Shown here: positions 56,406-64,000 of the stretch, piece by piece
How positions within the stretch are numbered: position 1 is the stretch's first letter
Layout: the number at the start of each line of letters is the position of its first letter
Origin: an uncultured Spirochaetota bacterium
Lineage (GTDB): Bacteria > Spirochaetota > Brevinematia > Brevinematales > JAOACQ01
Length of the DNA stretch: 64,000 nt
Direction: 5' to 3'
NCBI GenBank assembly: GCA_963796325.1
Contig: CAWCLF010000003.1
Coordinates: 470,788-534,787 of the forward strand
Notes under the pieces: model-generated
What the model saw: the letters and a program-made list of their open reading frames with translations, nothing else
Databases searched by the model: none
Told to the model about the DNA's origin: nothing
Position numbers and translations under genes: made by a program

Positions 56406-57908
56406 AGCAACACCGGGTGCGAATCTGAAGTAAAAGTCCAGGATTTTGGAATAAAGTAAATAGACAGATATAAGGATAAAAAAGAGAAGAAAACACAGGC
56501 AATTGAAGGTTGGTTATAGAACTTATGTGAAGTGGAAGTGAAGCGAGTGTAAAAGAAGTCTCTTTAATGCCTTGATTTTACACAATCCCTGCTAAAACTG
56601 GCATATTGGGCAGGAAGCGATGCGGTTTTCCTGAATTCTTCTCAAACGTGCCAGCTCGAATTGAGATCGGATAAAATCAAGGTCGGGCAGTTTGCCTGAA
56701 TAAGCCTCGGCGGGAGTCTGGTATTGATGGGCATGATGAGGGCGGACATGGTTGTATTCATGGATAACCTTCTCAAGATATTTATCAAGGTCGTTTAGAT
56801 CGCGGTACTGCCGCAGGAATAGCCAGGAGTATTTCAGGCTTTTATTCACGGCTTCGATCATACTGTTTGAAAAACGGATATGTTTTTGAGCGATCAGATG
56901 CTTTATGGTAATTTTATCCTCAAGGTATTGCTTTATTGTATCGTTATCGTTTTCAGGACCTCCGTCGGTAAGGAAAATGATGTAAGGGTCTATTGGATTG
57001 CTCTTATTTTTAACGATACTGGAATAAGCATCTTTAAGGTTTGAGAGAGCGATTTCAGCAGAAACGCGGAGGGATACTTTACAGGAGATGACAAACCTGG
57101 AAAAGTTATCTACGATAAGATAAATATAGGCGGTAAGGCCGTCCAATAGTTTCAGGCAGGTAATATCGGCGTGAATTATCTCGTTGGGCCGGAAGGCCCT
57201 GATACCTTTAGATTGGCGCGGTTTTTTAAAACGCTTTCCGGTAAATCTGAATAACCTGGAATACTTGTACCATGAATCTCTGCCGATGAATAATGCTTTT
57301 AACCTGACGGCTTCGGAATGGACGGCATGGACAGGCCAGCCTGTATATTTCGGATCAAGCAGAAATTTCTTCATAGTGTTAAGTTCGGATTCTGAAAGCT
57401 GGTTAGGCCAGACCTTCGGGCATTTATGGATGGGGGAGATAAGGCACCTGGCTTTGACCTGGACGGCCCAGTTGTAAAAAGTGGAAAGTTTAAGTTTAAA
57501 AAATTTGCAGGCCCTTTCAATGGAAATCATAAAACGGTTGGAGAGGAAATAAACGGCTTTGACGGTCATGTTTTGAATGTTATCAAGATAGCCGGAAGGC
57601 TTATAGATTAGTAAGTCCTGTATTTTTTTATAAAAGCGATAGACATGGCATAGGATGGTAATAGTTATTATCAATTTTCTGGAATGAGCAAATGTCTTAA
57701 CCAGAGGCAATAATTGAGATTGATAATCCCTGTACTCATAGCCGAATAGAGAAGAAAGGTTGTAATTCAAGAGATGGTAGTATGTGGATTTTGAAATCAT
57801 TGAGCGGACGGAATCGTAAGAAATAGAGCCTATCTGAAGAGCGAGGGTAAAGTTGTGGTCGTATTTTTTGTGAGAGTGCATAAAAAAACTCCGGTTATTT
57901 TATAGAAA
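56406..57908 (-). mobile_element. IS element copy B
   Basis: Same terminus (agcaacaccgggtgcgaatctgaag) and internal sequence as copy A; same orientation. Confidence 0.7.
56592..57881 (-). CDS. IS transposase, copy B (rve/DDE)
   Basis: 429 aa, ~95% identical to copy A by manual comparison. Confidence 0.85.
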   Translation of the reverse strand: MHSHKKYDHNFTLALQIGSISYDSVRSMISKSTYYHLLNYNLSSLFGYEYRDYQSQLLPLVKTFAHSRKLIITITILCHVYRFYKKIQDLLIYKPSGYLDNIQNMTVKAVYFLSNRFMISIERACKFFKLKLSTFYNWAVQVKARCLISPIHKCPKVWPNQLSESELNTMKKFLLDPKYTGWPVHAVHSEAVRLKALFIGRDSWYKYSRLFRFTGKRFKKPRQSKGIRAFRPNEIIHADITCLKLLDGLTAYIYLIVDNFSRFVISCKVSLRVSAEIALSNLKDAYSSIVKNKSNPIDPYIIFLTDGGPENDNDTIKQYLEDKITIKHLIAQKHIRFSNSMIEAVNKSLKYSWLFLRQYRDLNDLDKYLEKVIHEYNHVRPHHAHQYQTPAEAYSGKLPDLDFIRSQFELARLRRIQENRIASCPICQF

Positions 57909-58342
57909 TTTGGCATAAAAATAGATAAGAATATAAAATAAAAGCAACGGATATGCAATTATTTTTATCGGTCATGGTTATAGGAATAAGGATAGTCAGA
58001 TTATCCCCGCATTACGAGGAAGCGTAATGAGGCTGCGAAACGAAGTGAGCATAGCCGAATTATCACTGAGCGATAGCGAAGGGATAGAGCCGCCGGCGAA
58101 AAACGGCAGTAAGCGGGCGGACTGTTTGAGGGACTTTTTGCCATTTACAATACGAATCTTATTTTTTACAAAGATTCGGCAATAAGATTTTAGCAAAAAG
58201 TACCGAGTTCCGCCCGCAGCCGTTTTGAGCCTGTGCGGCTCAAGCTTCTGAGTACAGCGGGGAAAGTTTTCTTTCTGGTTCGCTTTCTTTTGCTTTTTCA
58301 AAAGAAAGCGAACGGTACTACGACCCCTCCGCCGGAAGGTTT

Positions 58343-60127
58343 ATGACCACAGACCCCATAAGCGACCCGTCGAGGCGGTACTCGCCCGCGGGGCTCAACA
58401 GGTACGTTTACTGCTACAACAGGCCGCTGTATTATACCGACCCGGAGGGAAGGTGGTACCTCGATTTAGGAATCATCGGGATAGGAAACGACGATACTAC
58501 AGGAAACTTCATATTCGGCGTAGGGTTCGGTTTAAGCAATTTTGTCTGGCAACAGGACAGCAGCGGGAATATTTCGAACTACCAGACTTTCGTGGGGCTT
58601 AACATAGCCAACCAGAAGCTCGGAATAGGATACAGCTATGACGAAAAGGCATTATATGACGAGGAAGAATTATCATTCGGAATACAATATTACTGTTTCA
58701 ATGCCAATATCAGTTTTTATCACAAGAAGACGTGGAACAGCAAAGAAGAATGGTGGAGCGTGAGCGGCAGCGCGGGAATCAGCTATGAAGGGATAGGTGT
58801 CGGAGCTGAGGCGGGGATCAGCTCATATACCAACAGCCAGGGACAAACGAAAAAAACCAGCGATATGGGGGTGTACGCGGGTTATAACGAAAACGGCGTA
58901 TTGGTAGGCGTTAATGCACAGTGGAACTATGACACTTACGGGATGTATACGGGAATGAATTTGGGCGTGAGTATAGGCTCTACTTTTGATGGCGGCAACG
59001 GCGAATTATCTTTCGGAACCAACGCATACTTTGACGCTCAGGGGAGATTCATTGGAATTACCGGATCTGTTTCAATACAGCATAGCATTAGTGCTTACGG
59101 CGTAAATATCGGCAGCGGAAGCTTCGGCCTGACCTTTGGAAATGTAAACGGCGGCTGGGTACTGGGGGGCGGAATCAATCTTAATCCGGGAGTGAATCTT
59201 GACAATATGGCGAATGCCGAAGCAGCAAAGATGCCGTATAGTACAAGGCAGACCCTCATAAGTGCAGGAGTGACCCTGCCTGAGTATGGGATAGGGTCGC
59301 CTAACGGGGCAAACTTACCCGGTTTCAACGACTGGCTGATGTTACAGCCTCAGGAAGGTCAAATCAGCACAAATGTTGATACAGGTCAGCAGTATATATA
59401 TCAAAATGGAGAATGGGTTAATTATAATAAGAATTTGAATAATTCAGGAAGTATAATAGAAGTATCACAAACTCAGACAATATCTCTTGAAGAAAATGCT
59501 TCCAAAGCATATGAAAATTTAATGGAGGCTGTAAAATCACAGGATCATGATCCAGATGATATTGTGGGAATAATGTTTTTGAATAAAGAAAAAGATGTTT
59601 CTGGCTTTGGCCATAATGCGATTGCTTTTATTTACGCGGATGGGTCGGTTGATATTTATTCATACAGAGCCACTAATACTGATGATTTTACTATTTTATT
59701 AGGATCAAATGTTCCTGCTACAATGGATAAAAATCATTATGAGGCAGATGATTTTAGTACATTTTTATCTACACAACCACCGAATGACAAATCTTATAAC
59801 CGCTATATAATGATTCCTGTCGATGCAGAATCGGGACAGGCAATGTTAAACAGAGCAGAAGATTATCATATTAACGCTGGTACATATAACATAGTAGGAC
59901 ATAATTGTGAACATGTAGCACAGGACATACTTTCTTACGGCGGCCTCAGTTTTGCTCCGACAAAAAGCGATCAAAATGATGTAAATATATATTTATATGG
60001 ATTTCCTTCCGCAGTTTATAATTATTTTATTTCAACAGGTACGATACCGAACTCTGCGTATAATATAGGTGTAAATGTTGCAAATTTTGAGGGATGGAAT
60101 TTCGGATATATAGGAGTACCAAAATGA
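58343..60127 (+). CDS. Orphan Rhs/YD-repeat C-terminal tip with polymorphic toxin domain (LRAT/NlpC-P60-like His...NCEH)
   Basis: The frame is open from 58229. 58313-58460 encodes RYYDPSAGRFMTTDP...NRYVYCYNRPLYYTDPEGRW, the last YD repeat and the Rhs core end motif. No Rhs repeats lie upstream. A Gly-rich ~300-aa region is followed by GFGHNAIAFIYADG ... YNIVGHNCEHVAQDI. Confidence 0.7.
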   Translation: MTTDPISDPSRRYSPAGLNRYVYCYNRPLYYTDPEGRWYLDLGIIGIGNDDTTGNFIFGVGFGLSNFVWQQDSSGNISNYQTFVGLNIANQKLGIGYSYDEKALYDEEELSFGIQYYCFNANISFYHKKTWNSKEEWWSVSGSAGISYEGIGVGAEAGISSYTNSQGQTKKTSDMGVYAGYNENGVLVGVNAQWNYDTYGMYTGMNLGVSIGSTFDGGNGELSFGTNAYFDAQGRFIGITGSVSIQHSISAYGVNIGSGSFGLTFGNVNGGWVLGGGINLNPGVNLDNMANAEAAKMPYSTRQTLISAGVTLPEYGIGSPNGANLPGFNDWLMLQPQEGQISTNVDTGQQYIYQNGEWVNYNKNLNNSGSIIEVSQTQTISLEENASKAYENLMEAVKSQDHDPDDIVGIMFLNKEKDVSGFGHNAIAFIYADGSVDIYSYRATNTDDFTILLGSNVPATMDKNHYEADDFSTFLSTQPPNDKSYNRYIMIPVDAESGQAMLNRAEDYHINAGTYNIVGHNCEHVAQDILSYGGLSFAPTKSDQNDVNIYLYGFPSAVYNYFISTGTIPNSAYNIGVNVANFEGWNFGYIGVPK

Positions 60128-60157
60128 TAGCGATATATTTTTGGTTTTTAATGTTAT

Positions 60158-61024
60158 TTGCTGCAGAAAAAAATAGTATTTGTTAAAAGCTTACCGGGTG
60201 AGGTAATTTTACCGAATATATCAACAAATGATGATACCGGAATTCTGATAATTAATATGCATGATGGAACGGAACGTCAGATATTGAAAGGGCTTAAATT
60301 TACCCTGGGCGAATGGAACAGAGATAAAAAAAAGATATTATTGTTTAATGATTATTATATTTCAGGCTTTGTCACCAGTTCTGATTATTCTGTATTTGAA
60401 TACGATATTGAAAAGAGTGTTATGAGGCCTATACTTAAAGAGGTTCATTATACTTCTAGACATGAAATAAATTACGAAAGAATCCGTTATATACCTGGCA
60501 AAAATGCAATAAGTTATATTTTTGCTGATGGTTATAAATTACATGATTATAGAAATTACCTTCATATTTATGATCTTGATAGGAAAAAAGATGAAAAGTT
60601 GTTTAGAACATCTAGTTATTATTCATGGGATTCTAACGGTACATCGATTTACTATAATCCAATGAAAGCATATGCTGTTGATAATCATATATTTGAATAT
60701 AACGTTATGACGAAAGAAACAAAAGAACTATTTACAGGTTATACTCCCGAATGTTCTCATAATGGCGAATACATTGCTTATACCAAATATAACGGAGATC
60801 TTGTAGTGAGAGAAATGAAAAACGGGAAGGAATGGCCGATAATGATTGAGGGTTATAATTACCTCTTTTCACCTGATGATAAGTATATAATGTTAAGTAA
60901 AGATTGGAATGAATTGCCTATAGAAAAAGCGAAACAAGTACTATATTACGAATTCAAAACCGGAAAGAGTGGTATATTTATATATGATCGTTCTGGAAAA
61001 GTAAATTGGTATGATTGGAATTGA
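60158..61024 (+). CDS. Candidate immunity protein, beta-propeller-like (PD40/TolB-type degenerate repeats)
   Basis: Lies directly downstream of the toxin. Repeats such as HNGEYIAYTKYNGDLVV and FSPDDKYIMLS. The track start is TTG. An ATG at 60124 in another frame encodes a TM-like 20-mer, separated from this frame by an A7 tract. Confidence 0.5.
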   Translation: MLQKKIVFVKSLPGEVILPNISTNDDTGILIINMHDGTERQILKGLKFTLGEWNRDKKKILLFNDYYISGFVTSSDYSVFEYDIEKSVMRPILKEVHYTSRHEINYERIRYIPGKNAISYIFADGYKLHDYRNYLHIYDLDRKKDEKLFRTSSYYSWDSNGTSIYYNPMKAYAVDNHIFEYNVMTKETKELFTGYTPECSHNGEYIAYTKYNGDLVVREMKNGKEWPIMIEGYNYLFSPDDKYIMLSKDWNELPIEKAKQVLYYEFKTGKSGIFIYDRSGKVNWYDWN

Positions 61025-61773
61025 ACGCAAAAGCAATGATTTTCTCGTACTCTACTAAGAAAATAATTTTAAGTAATAAAAGAAATTGAAGGGCTTATTC
61101 CAGCAGAAATTCAGTAGTAAAACTGCCCAATGTTGTAATACACATAACGCACAAAATGTGAATGGGAGCAGTCACGCAATTCAGTCCCATTTGGAGTGAT
61201 ATATTATTGTTATCTAATGAGATAAAAAGATCAATCGCAGTCCCTTTCCAAGATAAAATACGAGAATATTGCATAAAATATGGTAGTATTAACCGCTTAT
61301 ATAGAGCATTTTAACCATAAAATGGGACTATTGTGCGGGTAGAAGTCCCACATGTAAACGGCTCCCTGGAGGCACATAAATTCGAGGACAGGTATCGAAT
61401 TTATGTTGGGAAACATAACGCACAGCGGTGTATGAGATATCAGGCCCTGATGAATATTGTAGGGATCTTGAGCGATTTAGGATGACACTATACGCAACAG
61501 CAATGCGTGTTATAACTTCATAAATATCAATATGTTTACAAAAACCGCCGGTATTTGTAACTCCATCTTCCGGTATGAAAGCATCGGGTCAAAAGTGGAC
61601 CCTAATTGTATATATGCCGGATAGTTCAACCGATATTTTGATATGATTTCCAGGGGGAGGGTTGACTGCGAATAGGCTGCGGAGACAGGCTCTAACCCGG
61701 CGGCCCGAGAGGCGGGCAAAGGGATATCGAGGGCTTTCTAAACGACAATATTTTGCAGGAATTGAGGACAATG

Positions 61774-62235
61774 TTATTTAGAAAGCAGTTCTTCGGGGGA
61801 ATGAACGGTAATTTCTTTATAAATCTCGAAGTCTTTTTTATCGTAAGTAAGGATGTTTTTGATTCCATTTTCCAGCATAGTAGCCGTGATTGCGGCATCG
61901 TGGATATTTTTACCGGAGATTTGATATTTTTCGGCAATTTTCATGAGCCGTTCAATAGTTTCAATTTCGATGTTTAAAACCTCGAAGTTTTGCCTGAACT
62001 CTTTGACCTTCCGGTTTGCCTCTTTTATTGGCAGAGGATTTTTGAGGAATTTCTTATTAGTTGAAACCGAGAGAAACTCTCTTATTATCTGTGTAGAAAT
62101 GAAAAGATGATGCTGACTTTCAACCAACTGCCTTAATATCTCAACGGAACTTGAATATTTTATGGGATCGAAGTCTTCAAGAGAAGCGTATACGAGGATG
62201 TTAGTATCGATAAAAAGCTTAGATTCTCGGTTCAT
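61774..62235 (-). CDS. vapC: PIN-domain toxin (VapC-like)
   Basis: N-terminal KLFIDTNILVYA with catalytic Asp; later HDAAITATM. ATG 62235 is preferred over 62334 and overlaps the upstream antitoxin gene by 17 nt. Confidence 0.75.
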   Translation of the reverse strand: MNRESKLFIDTNILVYASLEDFDPIKYSSSVEILRQLVESQHHLFISTQIIREFLSVSTNKKFLKNPLPIKEANRKVKEFRQNFEVLNIEIETIERLMKIAEKYQISGKNIHDAAITATMLENGIKNILTYDKKDFEIYKEITVHSPEELLSK

Positions 62236-62443
62236 AAATGTCTTCCCTGGTAAAGTCTTGAATTTTACCGCCGCATTTGAAAGTAGTCCAATGGAATTTA
62301 GTCTTCTTTTTCGTTGTTGACACTTCATTTCCAAGGACGACTACTTCAGCTTTGCGATTGAACAAATCGCGCAATTTTGCGGGGAGGACGATCTTGATTT
62401 CTCCTTCATGATTGATATTTACATCAGTTTTATATGCCAGCAT
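62219..62443 (-). CDS. vapB: AbrB/SpoVT-type antitoxin (VapB-like)
   Basis: 74 aa with a swapped-hairpin-like segment GEIKIVLPAKLRDLFNRKAEVVVLG. Immediately upstream of, and overlapping, the PIN gene. Confidence 0.6.
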   Translation of the reverse strand: MLAYKTDVNINHEGEIKIVLPAKLRDLFNRKAEVVVLGNEVSTTKKKTKFHWTTFKCGGKIQDFTREDIYEPRI

Positions 62444-62456
62444 TTTACAGCTCCCA

Positions 62457-62798
62457 CTATTTCGAGTAAGCCACTTTAGCTTTAGTGTCTCTTAAAAAAG
62501 CGTCTAAAACGGTCAAAATATGCTGTTTTTCCTGTTCGGGTAAATGCTCAATTTGGGAAAGCCTATCGAGCATTTTCTTATCTTTCAATTCGGTCAGGAG
62601 GTCGTTTTCATCGACCAGATAGTCGATACTGACATCCAGGGAATCTGCTATTTTTTTAGCTACTTCGATTGAAGGTTTTATTTCATTCCGTTCATATCTG
62701 CCTACAATCGGGCCGCTAGTGCCTATCTTTTCCGCGAGTTCTTGCTGGGACCATCCTTTTTGCTTTCTAAGCATAAAAACTTTATCTCCAAACCTCAT
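62457..62798 (-). CDS. XRE-family helix-turn-helix transcriptional regulator
   Basis: HTH_3 pattern LRKQKGWSQQELAEKIGTSGPIVGRYERNEIKPSIEVAKKIADSL. Confidence 0.85.
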   Translation of the reverse strand: MRFGDKVFMLRKQKGWSQQELAEKIGTSGPIVGRYERNEIKPSIEVAKKIADSLDVSIDYLVDENDLLTELKDKKMLDRLSQIEHLPEQEKQHILTVLDAFLRDTKAKVAYSK

Positions 62799-63013
62799 AA
62801 AATCACCTATTTATATCAGATTGCACTTAAAATCTCTTATATTAGTAATTTTACATCATAAATATTATTTAGTCAACACTTTTTGGATACACATTAATGA
62901 ACAGGTATTGTAACGCAAATGATGTAAAAAATATTATTCGAACATAAAAATGTAACGTTTGGGTTATATTTAGAATCAAAATAGCTTCAAAAAAATATTT
63001 TTAGGAATATTAT

Positions 63014-63423
63014 ATGAAAGTGATAGTATTCAGCAATCAAAAGGGCGGAGTGGGTAAGACCACGACCACGAGAGAATTAGGGATTTACCTTGCGGAAAAG
63101 AGTTATCGTGTGTTATTAATCGACGGGGACCCGCAGGCGAACCTTTCTAAAAGCCTTGTGGATAATCCAGGCTTCGGTCTATACGAAGCCTTGAGCGGCG
63201 GGGAATGCGAGCCGGAGGACGTTAAATTGAATTTATCCTTACTCTCCGGGGGGATAAAGCTTGCGGGGCTTGAAAAGAGCCTGATCGGGGAGCTGGGCGC
63301 GTTTACCCGCCTGCGGGACTTATTGGAGCAGGAAATTTTCCGGACCTATGACTTTATACTGATAGACAGCCCACCGTCATTGGGGGTGCTTACAGGCAAC
63401 GCCTTGACTGCCTCCGGCTGCCA
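63014..63423 (+). pseudogene. parA: ParA/Soj-type partition ATPase, 3'-truncated by IS copy C
   Basis: Deviant Walker A NQKGGVGKTTT and IDGDPQANLS. The reading frame runs into the IS-C terminus at 63424 and stops at 63451. Only ~137 native residues remain. Confidence 0.75.
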
Positions 63424-64000
63424 AGCAGCACCGGGTGCGAATCTGAAGTAAAAGTCCAGGATTTTGGACTAAAGTAAATAGGCAGATATAAGGATAAAAA
63501 AGAGAAGAAAACACAGGCAATTGAAGGTTGGTTATAGAACTTATGTGAAGTGGAAGTGAAGCGAGTGTAAAAGAAGTCTCTTTAATGCCTGGATTTTACA
63601 CAATCCCTGCTAAAACTGGCATATAGGGCAGGAAGCGAGGCGGTTTTCCTGAATTCTTCTCAAACGCGCCAGCTCGAATTGAGATCGGATAAAATCAAGG
63701 TCGGGCAGTTTGCCTGAATAAGCCTCGGCGGGAGTCTGGTATTGATGGGCATGATGAGGGCGGACATGGTTGTATTCATGAATAGCCTTCTCAAGATATT
63801 GCTCAAGGTCGTTTAGATTGCGGTATTGCCGCAAGAATAGCCAGGAGTATTTCAGGCTTTTGTTCACGGCTTCGATCATGCTGTTTGAAAAATGTATATG
63901 CTTTTGAGCTATCAGATGCTTTATGGTAATTTTATCCTCAAGGTATTGCTTTATTGTGTCGTTATCGTTTTCAGGACCTCCGTCGGTAAGGAAAATGATA
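63424..64000 (-). mobile_element. IS element copy C (partial, continues past window end)
   Basis: Same terminus (agcagcaccgggtgcgaatctgaag) and the same downstream 185-bp non-coding end with the agtcca/tggact hairpin as copies A and B. Confidence 0.7.
63610..64000 (-). CDS. IS transposase, copy C (C-terminal part; N-terminus outside window)
   Basis: The frame stays open upstream of the track's internal Met at 63879 (..KHIHFSNSMIEAVNKSLKY..). Homologous to the C-termini of copies A and B, with a few substitutions. Confidence 0.8.
   Translation of the reverse strand, partial: IIFLTDGGPENDNDTIKQYLEDKITIKHLIAQKHIHFSNSMIEAVNKSLKYSWLFLRQYRNLNDLEQYLEKAIHEYNHVRPHHAHQYQTPAEAYSGKLPDLDFIRSQFELARLRRIQENRLASCPICQF

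Noticed and set aside
61300-61520. Group II intron or retron ncRNA interpretation of the hairpin cluster (a gtgcg string occurs at 61333).
   Set aside because: There is no reverse-transcriptase ORF nearby and no convincing domain V (34-nt AGC-bulged hairpin). The match to GUGCG is a single pentamer, which is insufficient evidence.

Overview
This is a 64-kb bacterial chromosomal window, analysed by eye and from the supplied ORF track only; I ran no searches or computed statistics. Roughly 1-52.2 kb is densely packed core genome. Its content fits a diderm, anaerobe-like organism, but I cannot assign a taxon. Recognisable genes include a four-subunit 2-oxoacid:ferredoxin oxidoreductase, class A PBP, ispH, a polyprenyl synthase, a CoA-disulfide-reductase/rhodanese fusion, etfBA plus acyl-CoA dehydrogenase, frr-uppS-cdsA, truA, rsmH-ftsL-like, aroC, nadB, map, bactofilin, leuS and trpS. 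A tRNA-Ser(GCU) at 52212-52299 marks the transition to a visibly more AT-rich accessory island that runs from 52.3 kb to the window end. The island holds four rve/DDE transposase genes, three of them copies of one ~1.5-kb IS. That IS has truncated a PIN gene and a ParA gene. The island also carries a DUF4258/DUF2283-like pair, a VapBC-like pair with an XRE regulator, and an orphan Rhs C-terminal toxin cassette. The toxin tip carries an LRAT/NlpC-P60-like His...NCEH motif and is followed by a beta-propeller-like candidate immunity gene. Three signals are not explained by ordinary annotation. (1) A dispersed family of inverted arrays of a 7-bp unit (NNGACTG / CAGTCNN) occurs at four loci between 32 and 51 kb, and two of these run into coding termini. 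(2) A perfect 4 x 21-bp tandem array, built from ~10.5-bp sub-repeats, sits in a divergent promoter region at 36539-36622. (3) Hairpin-rich non-coding stretches flank the Rhs cassette. Also notable are two tandem paralogous secreted proteins built from ~30-aa repeats, and a beta-propeller lipoprotein whose signal peptide is only reachable from a non-canonical ATT start. No CRISPR array, rRNA or prophage structural genes were seen.
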